Shown here: in pieces, positions 23,610 to 30,682 of the stretch
Layout: each line of letters opens with the position of its first letter
How positions within the stretch are numbered: position 1 is the first letter of the stretch
IMG/VR virus record: IMGVR_UViG_3300025896_000012
Location: 1 to 38,267 of that record
Source: a virus
Length of the DNA stretch: 38,267 nucleotides
Direction: 5' to 3' (one strand)
Notes under the pieces: generated by a model
The model's database searches: none
What the model was told of the DNA's origin: nothing
Seen by the model: only the letters and a program-made list of their open reading frames with translations
Made by a program: the position numbers and the translations under genes

Positions 23610-23820
23610 CCTAACTACAATAGAATCCGCAATGCAAACAGAACTCCTAGCTAACGGCCTAGAAGAACTAATACAAGAGTTCCAGCGCACAGCTAAAGCT
23701 TACCAAATCCCAACCAGCCGTAAAGACACCCTAGCACTCCTAGAACAGTCCATAGCTCACATACGGAAGAATGATGAAAACATTGAAAGTATTAACGTTG
23801 ATGAGGAGATTAAGTTTTGA
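23602..23820 (+). CDS. Small acidic helical protein (72 aa)
   Basis: GGAGG lies 6 nt upstream of ATG 23602 (track start TTG 23596). Confidence 0.55.
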   Translation: MNNLTTIESAMQTELLANGLEELIQEFQRTAKAYQIPTSRKDTLALLEQSIAHIRKNDENIESINVDEEIKF

Positions 23821-24026
23821 GTAAGCTAGATGAAATTTTATCAGAGCTAAATGAAGAAGCTGCTTGGGCTGGCGGTAACGATGAAAGTTTAAACAAAGAT
23901 GAATTGGATGGATATTCTGTTCAAATCAAATCACTTATGCTAGAGCTGATAGGTAGTATAGATGAGAATGGCAGAGAAGCTGAACGTACTCTTGCAAAAT
24001 TAGTGCAAAAGGTGGAGGAACTATGA
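23817..24026 (+). CDS. Small acidic helical protein (69 aa), paralogue of the next gene
   Basis: Begins MSKLDEILSEL and ends KLVQKVEEL. I count 17 acidic versus 7 basic residues. Confidence 0.55.
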   Translation: MSKLDEILSELNEEAAWAGGNDESLNKDELDGYSVQIKSLMLELIGSIDENGREAERTLAKLVQKVEEL

Positions 24027-24214
24027 GCCAACTAGATATTATACTTCAAAAACTAGAACTGACATTTGTTGCTCTAAATGCGGGCATTACTAAAAAAGAA
24101 GCAAAACAGCAAATAAAAACCCTGATGTTAGAAATAATTTTTCAAACAGATTTTGCTTATAAAGACGCAAGTGCATACGCAGAAGTGCTACGCAAGAAAG
24201 TAGAAGAACTATGA
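24023..24214 (+). CDS. Small helical protein (63 aa), paralogue of the previous gene
   Basis: Begins MSQLDIILQKL and ends VLRKKVEEL. ATGA overlaps on both sides. Confidence 0.55.
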   Translation: MSQLDIILQKLELTFVALNAGITKKEAKQQIKTLMLEIIFQTDFAYKDASAYAEVLRKKVEEL

Positions 24215-24309
24215 AAACCGAACTAGAAAAATTCAACCTAGCCTACGAAGATACACCAAGCCAAACAAAACGTAAGCTCACACTAAGCAGATTATTTAAA
24301 AGAAAGTAA
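24211..24309 (+). CDS. Small basic peptide (32 aa)
   Basis: ATGA overlap with the upstream stop. Hand-translated as MKTELEKFNLAYEDTPSQTKRKLTLSRLFKRK. Confidence 0.3.
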   Translation: MKTELEKFNLAYEDTPSQTKRKLTLSRLFKRK

Positions 24310-24318
24310 AGGAACAAC

Positions 24319-24981
24319 ATGGCAAATCTAAAATTTAAACTAACCAACGAAACTAAGATTAACTTTCTGGGAGTCAAGCTATTTCGTATCGAAGCTACTG
24401 TAGACATACCTGCTAGAGCAGTTAAAAAAGGTGAAAAAGGCGGTTGGTTAGAATCAGAAAAAACATCTAATGGCAACGCTAGGGTATATGGCGACGCTTG
24501 GGTATCTGGCAACGCTGAGGTATATGGCAACGCTTGGGTATCTGGCAACGCTAGGGTATCTGGCAACGCTAGGGTATCTGGCAACGCTTGGGTATCTGGC
24601 AACGCTAGGGTATCTGGCAACGCTAGGGTATATGGCGACGCTGAGGTATATGGCAACGCTAGGGTATCTGGCAACGCTGAGGTATATGGCAACGCTAGGG
24701 TATCTGGCAACGCTAGGGTATCTCTTAAAAATGCCTACACAAAAGGTAACTTTGTTTACTCAAGTGATAGTGAAATCAGACCAACAGTTATCGACCAGTC
24801 TAAAGAAGATGGGTTTAATTCAAGCGAAGATTACAAGAATCTACTAGTAGTCGGAGATTACGAGATTAAACCTATTGAACCAGAAGAAAAACCTGCTACT
24901 GAAACAATCGAAATTGCTGGCAAAACTTACGAAGTATCTGACGATTTAAAAGAAGCTCTTAAAAACTTGAAAGAAAAGTAA
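24319..24981 (+). CDS. GNAxVx hexapeptide-repeat (left-handed beta-helix-like) protein of unknown function
   Basis: 220 aa. N-terminal ...KGEKGGWLESEKTSNG, then 14 consecutive G-(N/D)-A-(R/W/E)-V-(S/Y) hexapeptides, then an acidic C-terminus. AAGGAA lies upstream. Confidence 0.7.
   Translation: MANLKFKLTNETKINFLGVKLFRIEATVDIPARAVKKGEKGGWLESEKTSNGNARVYGDAWVSGNAEVYGNAWVSGNARVSGNARVSGNAWVSGNARVSGNARVYGDAEVYGNARVSGNAEVYGNARVSGNARVSLKNAYTKGNFVYSSDSEIRPTVIDQSKEDGFNSSEDYKNLLVVGDYEIKPIEPEEKPATETIEIAGKTYEVSDDLKEALKNLKEK
24472..24723 (+). repeat. Perfect-phase tandem repeat, 14 x 18 bp (ggcaacgctagggtatct consensus)
   Basis: Counted unit by unit. Only unit positions 4, 10, 11 and 17 vary. Confidence 0.95.
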
Positions 24982-25181
24982 TGTACGAACCAGCAACCGA
25001 ACAACAACGCCAACAAGAAGAAAACACCAAAATTCTTACAAGCCTCTACAAAGCAACCCTATTCGCAGTAATTGTATTTATTATCTGTTGGGTAGTTGGC
25101 CTAGCCGTATTCGTACAGACCATGAACCAAATAAAGTCTGACCGTAGTAAGTGTGTTAATTGGTGTGAAAGTAGATTATGA
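24981..25181 (+). CDS. Small membrane protein (66 aa)
   Basis: TM segment ATLFAVIVFIICWVVGLAVFV. TAATG overlap upstream and ATGA overlap downstream. Confidence 0.55.
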   Translation: MYEPATEQQRQQEENTKILTSLYKATLFAVIVFIICWVVGLAVFVQTMNQIKSDRSKCVNWCESRL

Positions 25182-25783
25182 AAATACTTAATCTATACGC
25201 TGGAATTGGCGGCAATCGCAAATTATGGGGGGATGGACATGAGATAACTGCTATTGAATCTGAACAGTACATCGCCGATATATACAAAGAAATGTATCCT
25301 AAAGATACCGTAATTGTCGCAGACGCTCACCAATACCTACTTGAGCACTACAAAGAGTACGACTTTATTTGGAGTTCACCACCATGCCCTACGCATTCAC
25401 GAATGAGGCTGTCACTAGTTAAAAGCAAACCTGTTTACCCAGATATGAAGCTATACGAAGAAATACTGTTTCTAAAGCACTTCTACAAAGGTGATTGGGT
25501 AGTCGAGAATGTTATCCCTTATTACAGACCGTTAATCGACCCTACAGCAGTGCTTGAACGTCATATGTTCTGGTCAAACTTTAATATCTCGGATGATTTT
25601 ACCCAGAAACGTATCTATAAAGGCCGAATAACTGACCAATCAAAAGAAACTCTTGCGGCACAATATGACATTAAACTACCAGAACACGCAAAAAACAAAC
25701 GTAAGCTATTGAGAAATGCCGTTATGCCACAACTCGGCTTACACGTATTCAAACAAAACATTCTAACCAAGGAGCAGCTATGA
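25178..25783 (+). CDS. Mini C5-cytosine-methyltransferase-like protein, copy A (201 aa)
   Basis: Motif I LYAGIGGN, motif IV SSPPCPTHS, motif VI VVENV and a motif X-like LLRNAVMP. Much shorter than canonical C5 MTases. Confidence 0.6.
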   Translation: MKILNLYAGIGGNRKLWGDGHEITAIESEQYIADIYKEMYPKDTVIVADAHQYLLEHYKEYDFIWSSPPCPTHSRMRLSLVKSKPVYPDMKLYEEILFLKHFYKGDWVVENVIPYYRPLIDPTAVLERHMFWSNFNISDDFTQKRIYKGRITDQSKETLAAQYDIKLPEHAKNKRKLLRNAVMPQLGLHVFKQNILTKEQL

Positions 25784-26166
25784 ATGAAGAACTAAAAACG
25801 AAGATAGAACAAATGTTATCCGATGACTTCGCTTGTACTAGAGTATGGGAAGCATGGCAAGTTGGAACAATGACGCAAGATGATTTTGTACAACTTAGCG
25901 AAACAGAACGAGTAGACGAACTCCTAGCCCTCTTTGAATCAGAAAAGGCTAAAGAAGTAGCAGAAGCACGAATAGACGAACTAAGGCTTGTAGATGCCGC
26001 TTACCATCATATTATCGAAATGAAGTCACCTGTTTCAGTCCAATCACTTGTCGATAACAATATTGAACACATTATACTTGACGACCCAAGAACGCAGAAT
26101 GATTTATTTAGGCATGTACAAGACCGTTTAGCCCAACTAACCAACAACCCAAAGGAGAATAAGTGA
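25780..26166 (+). CDS. Hypothetical acidic protein (128 aa)
   Basis: ATGA overlap with MTase A and a GGAG SD. No motif recognised. Confidence 0.55.
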   Translation: MNEELKTKIEQMLSDDFACTRVWEAWQVGTMTQDDFVQLSETERVDELLALFESEKAKEVAEARIDELRLVDAAYHHIIEMKSPVSVQSLVDNNIEHIILDDPRTQNDLFRHVQDRLAQLTNNPKENK

Positions 26167-26588
26167 TGAGTAAAACACCCATATTTGAACACACAGTAGG
26201 CTCTCATTCAGATGATAGAGGTGGTGACTCTGACAGGCGTTGTACTTGCCAAGATGAACCACATAGCCACCTAGATAATGATAAGGACTTGAGACAAGAA
26301 ATACTTTATGAATTTCTCAATCAATTCAAAGAAGATAAATATCTAAGCCAAAGCAACACTGATAAAGCAGTTGAAGCCATTGACCAGTATACCCAATCTA
26401 AGCTAAAAGCATTTGCAGGGGAGATTGAGGAAGCTATTGGTGAATATGAATATCCAGAGCAGCACTTTCCCACTGTTCTACAGGGTGAAAACATTGAAAA
26501 GTACGACAAAGTTACAGCTAGGGATAGGCTTAGAGCTGAACTCAGACAGGCTCTCAAAGCTATAAAGGAAAAGGCAGGTATAGAATGA
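26163..26588 (+). CDS. Hypothetical protein (141 aa; ATG at 26166)
   Basis: GGAG lies 8 nt upstream of ATG 26166. ATGA overlap into MTase B. Confidence 0.55.
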   Translation: MMSKTPIFEHTVGSHSDDRGGDSDRRCTCQDEPHSHLDNDKDLRQEILYEFLNQFKEDKYLSQSNTDKAVEAIDQYTQSKLKAFAGEIEEAIGEYEYPEQHFPTVLQGENIEKYDKVTARDRLRAELRQALKAIKEKAGIE

Positions 26589-27199
26589 AAATACTTAATC
26601 TTTACGCAGGTATTGGCGGCAATCGTAAACTGTGGGGTGATGAGCATGAAGTCTGGTCTGTTGAACTAAATTACGATATTTGGAATGTGTACCAAAAGAT
26701 GTTCCCAAAAGATATTGTTATTGGAAGTGAAGATGCACACGAGTACCTATTAAAGTTCTTTGCAGGTTTCGATTTTATATGGAGCTCCCCGCCATGCCCT
26801 AGTCATTCGAGAATGAGAAAGTCACTGACTAAAAGTCCTCTAGTATATCCAGATATGAAACTATATGAGGAGATAATTTTCTTGAAGCATTTTTGCAAAG
26901 TACCTTGGGTAGTCGAGAATGTAATACCCTACTATAAACCGCTTATAGAGCCAACAGCAACTATTGATAGGCACCATTTCTGGTCAAATTTTGAAATATC
27001 TAACATAGATATTGAACGACAATATAAAGGTAGAATCACTGACCAGAGCAAAGAAACTCTTGCGGCACAATATGGCATTGAGCTGCCAGATGGTACTAAA
27101 GACCAACGTAAGTTACTTAGAAATGCTGTTATGCCAGAGGTTGGTCTACACATATTAAACGAAGGTCAAAAGGCAGCAAGGAGTCGTGTTTATGGGTGA
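26585..27199 (+). CDS. Mini C5-cytosine-methyltransferase-like protein, copy B (204 aa)
   Basis: Same motifs as copy A (LYAGIGGN, SSPPCPSHS, VVENV, LLRNAVMP). Roughly two-thirds identical to copy A by eye, with long identical nucleotide runs. Confidence 0.6.
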   Translation: MKILNLYAGIGGNRKLWGDEHEVWSVELNYDIWNVYQKMFPKDIVIGSEDAHEYLLKFFAGFDFIWSSPPCPSHSRMRKSLTKSPLVYPDMKLYEEIIFLKHFCKVPWVVENVIPYYKPLIEPTATIDRHHFWSNFEISNIDIERQYKGRITDQSKETLAAQYGIELPDGTKDQRKLLRNAVMPEVGLHILNEGQKAARSRVYG

Positions 27200-27359
27200 A
27201 AAAGTAAAGTTTGATAAGTGCTGTATAAGAAAGTGCAAATATCTACCAGAAAGCATAAAGCTATTCGGACTAGACCTGTGTTTTATGCACCAGAAGAAGG
27301 TAGACAGTTGGCTGTTCGATAAGGGATACCATAAGTCTTTTTCTAAGGAGCAAAAGTAA
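27192..27359 (+). CDS. Small Cys-rich protein (55 aa)
   Basis: Hand-translated as MGEKVKFDKCCIRKCKYLPESIKLFGLDLCFMHQKKVDSWLFDKGYHKSFSKEQK. Overlaps MTase B by 8 nt, and its stop overlaps the next ATG (TAATG). Confidence 0.4.
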   Translation: MGEKVKFDKCCIRKCKYLPESIKLFGLDLCFMHQKKVDSWLFDKGYHKSFSKEQK

Positions 27360-27697
27360 TGCACACATCAAACACAGACCAAGAGAGTAAAGACAACAGC
27401 ATGGAGTGGTTATCGAAAGAGTTAGAAGCTTTAGCTGAAGGTTGGAGAAGTTGGACTCACGACCAACTAGACGGTACAAGCTTTATAAAAGACGAACTTG
27501 ACCAGATAGACAAGGTTAAGGCTGAAACAGAACAAGCCATACGCTCTCACCTACTAGCTGATGTAATGAGGGTGAAACCTAGTGGCCACGAAGTAGACCC
27601 AATAGGCAACCCCGACTATAGGTTCTGCAAAGGCTATAACCAAGCACTAGAAGAATGGGAGCAAGCATTTAATGAGCTATTAGGGGGAGATAAGTAA
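27359..27697 (+). CDS. Hypothetical acidic protein (112 aa)
   Basis: AAGGAG SD. TAATG overlap with the next gene. Confidence 0.55.
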   Translation: MHTSNTDQESKDNSMEWLSKELEALAEGWRSWTHDQLDGTSFIKDELDQIDKVKAETEQAIRSHLLADVMRVKPSGHEVDPIGNPDYRFCKGYNQALEEWEQAFNELLGGDK

Positions 27698-28806
27698 TGA
27701 AGATACTTGTAGCTTGTGAATACTCTGGTCGTGTCAGAGAAGCTTTTAGAAAGTTGGGGCATGACGCTTGGAGTTGCGACTTACTACCAAGCGATGACAA
27801 CAGCCCATACCACATACAAGGTGACGTGTTGGAGTTGCTTGATAAAGGTTGGGATATGATGATAGCTCACCCACCATGCACTTACCTGGCGAATAGTGGA
27901 GTGCAACATATGTGGGCTGGTCGTAAAAAAGAGAATGGCAAAAACGTGGCGTTAAAACTATATAACTATCCAAGCCACTTTTCAGACTATAAAGTTAGAA
28001 GAGAAAAATTCCTTAACGAACCAAAGATATTCGAGTTGTTAAAAGGACATGATCATGTTGTTGAAGCATTTGAGCCTGAGGCTACCACGAAGGCTAAATT
28101 GAACAGCGACCATGTTGAAATTGATTTCTACACAATGGAGTTAATGGCTGGAAACCTACAGAACTATCTCGAGAGCCATCCAGACGACTGGAAACTGGAA
28201 TCAAAATTAAAGGTTATTTCGCAAGTGTGTCTAGCACTAGAGCATTCGCACGAAAAGAGAATATTCCACCGAGATCTTTACACGGACAACATACTAGTAA
28301 AAGAAAAAAAAGAACCTCTACACGTTAAAGTTACCGATTATGGTGCAGCAAAAACTCCAAAAATTCCAATTAATACCGCATACGATTTTCTCCTGGGAGC
28401 TAGAAATATTTCTTCCCCAGAGGCCTTAGTTGGCCTAATTTCGGATGATGAAGGTTGGAAAAAGAATGACGTATTTGCCTTAGGTTTACTGATTTATCAC
28501 ATTATCAATAAAGCCCCAAGCTATACTCAGGTAGTACTTATGACCGCTGCACAAGTTACCACTAAAGATCCAAAAGTTAAAGAAGAACACTTAAAAAACA
28601 AGATATTGCCAATGATAAAAAATAATATGATAGTTCCTCTAGCAATTACTGAACTTGGAATTGAAGATGGGAAGAAAAGAAAGATAGAAGCAATCTTAAA
28701 CGACGTCTTTTTGGAAGCGACAAAACTCGATCCCAATGATCGTACTAGCGAAATAAGCTCTATTCGTACTAGAATGGAAGAGTGCTTAGGAGTCTTAAAT
28801 GCTTGA
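27697..28806 (+). CDS. Chimeric protein: N-terminal about 85 aa of a small phage MTase-like (PPCT) family fused to a Hanks-type protein kinase domain
   Basis: The N-terminus is MKILVACEYSGRVREAFRKLGHDAWSCDLLP...MIAHPPCTYLANSG. Kinase landmarks follow in order: VALK, EPKIFELL, FHRDLYTDNILV, VTDYGAAK, SSPEAL, DVFALGLLIY. Confidence 0.65.
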   Translation: MKILVACEYSGRVREAFRKLGHDAWSCDLLPSDDNSPYHIQGDVLELLDKGWDMMIAHPPCTYLANSGVQHMWAGRKKENGKNVALKLYNYPSHFSDYKVRREKFLNEPKIFELLKGHDHVVEAFEPEATTKAKLNSDHVEIDFYTMELMAGNLQNYLESHPDDWKLESKLKVISQVCLALEHSHEKRIFHRDLYTDNILVKEKKEPLHVKVTDYGAAKTPKIPINTAYDFLLGARNISSPEALVGLISDDEGWKKNDVFALGLLIYHIINKAPSYTQVVLMTAAQVTTKDPKVKEEHLKNKILPMIKNNMIVPLAITELGIEDGKKRKIEAILNDVFLEATKLDPNDRTSEISSIRTRMEECLGVLNA

Positions 28807-29938
28807 GACAATCAAGAAGCCCGATAACTTTGTAGGTGAAGCTCTAAAGAAAGAGGGGAATATTTTCCCTAATATTTCATATGCTCAACTATTTTCAAAA
28901 CAAGATGAACTAGAGCCACTTCAAAAATATCAAGACTTAAAAATAAACATCCCCAAAAAACGAGCGGTCACAATTGATTATTCACCCACCGTATTTAGAC
29001 AGCAGGTTAACTACTCATTGGAAAAATTGATTAATCAACCTAAGAACCCAATCATATTAAATGACTTAGGAATGACATATTTTGTTGTAGGTAAGCTGAC
29101 AAAAGCAATAAGATATTTTAAGGAAGCAATAATATCTGATCCTAATTTCTTAGCCGCTGCCCAGAACCTCGCTAAAGCGTATTTAGCGTATGGAAGAATA
29201 GACAAAGCAGTAGAAGTATATTCAGAATTCATCCTTAAAATGAGTTCAAACCCCGATTTAATTCATCAGTATGGAATTTTAATGATTACTATAGGCGATC
29301 TTCCAAAAGCAAAGAATAGTCTAAAACAAATTAGTAGTGATTATGTCAAATATTATGAAGTAACAAATACTCTCGGGCTGATTGAACTTTTGCAAAATAA
29401 CGATGATAACGCCAAGAATAAGTTTGAACAAACAATTGAATTAAATGATCAATATCCAGATGGGTTTAATAACCTGGGTGTAATTTATCTTAAGCGAAAT
29501 AAGTTCTCAAAAGCTCGTGAATTATTTACGAAGGCTTCTAGTGTAAATGAAAAATATAAAGATGGTTATGTTAATACTATTAATTCTTACCTACAAGAAG
29601 AAAAATCAAAAGAAGCCCTAGATTATATTGCCGACCTTAGTTCTGAGTTACAGAGCCATCCTGAAATAGCATTCAAAAAAGCATATATTTATATGCACGA
29701 GAAAGAATTCGAAAAATCTATAGAACTTTATAAAGAGATGGAGTCAAATAATCTTGGTTCTCCTGATGTTCTTAACAATATAGGGCACGCTTACGCATGC
29801 ACAGGTAATCCAGCCAAGCCAGAAGAAATAACCCGATTCCTTGAACTAGAGTTGATACTTATGCCAAGGTATCACTGGGTTAGAAGGCTACATTTAAGAG
29901 CGATTATTAAATATTGGAAAAGTGTTTACGACAAATGA
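28799..29938 (+). CDS. Tetratricopeptide (TPR) repeat protein
   Basis: 379 aa with about 7-8 34-residue units (e.g. LNDLGMTYFVVGKLTKAIRYFKEAIISDPNF, FNNLGVIYLKRNKFSKARELFTKASSVNEKY). The start overlaps the kinase stop by 8 nt. AT-rich relative to its neighbours. Confidence 0.7.
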   Translation: MLETIKKPDNFVGEALKKEGNIFPNISYAQLFSKQDELEPLQKYQDLKINIPKKRAVTIDYSPTVFRQQVNYSLEKLINQPKNPIILNDLGMTYFVVGKLTKAIRYFKEAIISDPNFLAAAQNLAKAYLAYGRIDKAVEVYSEFILKMSSNPDLIHQYGILMITIGDLPKAKNSLKQISSDYVKYYEVTNTLGLIELLQNNDDNAKNKFEQTIELNDQYPDGFNNLGVIYLKRNKFSKARELFTKASSVNEKYKDGYVNTINSYLQEEKSKEALDYIADLSSELQSHPEIAFKKAYIYMHEKEFEKSIELYKEMESNNLGSPDVLNNIGHAYACTGNPAKPEEITRFLELELILMPRYHWVRRLHLRAIIKYWKSVYDK

Positions 29939-30025
29939 ACAATCTAAAATGCTCAGTGTGTAATGAACCGAAACACTCGCTCGATGGCGACAGAACTACG
30001 TGTGGCTCATGCCTAAGAAAAGCCG

Positions 30026-30054
30026 GTTGACAAATAAACGGCTAGCAAGTATAC
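30026..30054 (+). promoter_or_regulatory. Early/middle promoter family member P4 (TTGACA-17-TATACT, GCTAGC in spacer)
   Basis: gTTGACAaataaacGGCTAGCaagTATACTgtagacc, then ATG 30062 only 7 nt after the -10 box. No SD is present. Confidence 0.6.
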
Positions 30055-30061
30055 TGTAGAC

Positions 30062-30499
30062 ATGAAGAAGATAATTCTAGCAACCGGTGCAGCACTATTA
30101 ACCCTCACAGGTGGCGTGTATGCGTTTAATCAACCAGAACCAACACAAGTACCCAGTGTGGTACAAACAGCACCAGAAGCCCCACAAGAACAGCCAGAAG
30201 CGTTAGAAACTCCTACGCCAGAACCTCAAGTAGTTACTACACCTACACCTCAAGCTGCACCAGTAGTTGTAGATACCTGTGCTCAAGACAAAGAAGCTAA
30301 CCTCCGTGATGTAAGGCTCAGACTTAGTTATACACAATCAGAAGCTGAACGTATTAGGGGTGAAGTACGTAAGTTGTACACAGATAAAGGCTTAGTTATC
30401 AACGAAGAATATGTTGAACGAGCTGCACTTGCTAAGTTTCCTTACCTAAAAGACCTAGAGAAGAACGTACGTGATCTAGAAGCTGGATATAATTGCTAA
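30062..30499 (+). CDS. Secreted or membrane-anchored protein with Pro/Gln/Glu-rich linker
   Basis: Signal-like MKKIILATGAALLTLTGGVYA, the linker QPEPTQVPSVVQTAPEAPQEQPEALETPTPEPQVVTTPTPQAAP, and a helical C-terminal domain of about 70 aa. Confidence 0.6.
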   Translation: MKKIILATGAALLTLTGGVYAFNQPEPTQVPSVVQTAPEAPQEQPEALETPTPEPQVVTTPTPQAAPVVVDTCAQDKEANLRDVRLRLSYTQSEAERIRGEVRKLYTDKGLVINEEYVERAALAKFPYLKDLEKNVRDLEAGYNC

Positions 30500-30504
30500 A
30501 ACCA

Positions 30505-30533
30505 TTGACAATATAACCTATCTGTGCTAATAT
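30505..30533 (+). promoter_or_regulatory. Strong sigma70-like promoter TTGACA-17-(TGc)TAATAT
   Basis: Consensus -35 at 30505-10, extended -10 TG at 30525-26, and -10 at 30528-33. Confidence 0.55.
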
Positions 30534-30568
30534 ATAAGCATGGGAATGATCGAAAGATTGCGTACCAT

Positions 30569-30662
30569 AAAGCACCCCAGTGTATCGGAACTCATCAGGA
30601 ACTTATAAGCCTGTGGCAGAACTGCCTTAAACGGAGTCCCATCTATGAAAAGGGTGCTTTTT
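30569..30662 (+). terminator. Long-range stem plus T5 between the promoter and the terminase genes (terminator/attenuator-like)
   Basis: aaagcaccc (30569-77) pairs perfectly with gggtgcttt (30652-60), followed by further Ts (tttt-t run 30658-62). The 74-nt interior contains small hairpins. Confidence 0.35.
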
Positions 30663-30682
30663 ACTTATGCTATACTAGGGGT

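Noticed and set aside
24243-24710. 155-aa minus-strand ORF (LPDTLALPYTSA repeats), and the 125-aa plus-strand ORF 24470..24847 (ATLGYLATLGYM repeats)
   Set aside because: Both are alternative-frame readings of the 18-bp tandem repeat. A stop-free unit keeps these frames open. The GNAxVx frame has the SD, the N- and C-terminal non-repeat domains and a recognisable protein family.
24472-24723. CRISPR array, or diversity-generating retroelement variable region
   Set aside because: The repeats are contiguous with no spacers, and 18 bp is too short for a CRISPR repeat. For a DGR there is no reverse transcriptase and no template repeat anywhere in the genome, and the variable positions are not restricted to adenines.
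29800-29938. The last about 45 residues of the TPR protein as the displaced C-terminal remnant of the interrupted MTase-like gene
   Set aside because: The tail is non-TPR and slightly GC-richer. However, I could not find the family's ENP / QP..FG motifs in any frame, and the resemblance (MP...R...W) is too weak to claim.
29935-30015. 26-aa ORF after the TPR gene (MNNLKCSVCNEPKHSLDGDRTTVAHA) as a zinc-ribbon protein
   Set aside because: Only one CxxC pair is present and there is no SD. It is very short and ends just before the P4 promoter. The ATGA overlap with the TPR stop is the only support, so I did not list it as a feature.
30524-30682. GTG 30524 as the terminase small subunit start (220-aa version in the ORF track)
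   Set aside because: The GTG lies inside the extended -10 box of the 30505 promoter and has no SD. The extra 53 residues cover the stem/T-run element. TerS homologues carry the GGRPTKY motif within the first 10-20 residues, as from ATG 30683. Still flagged as needing proteomic confirmation.
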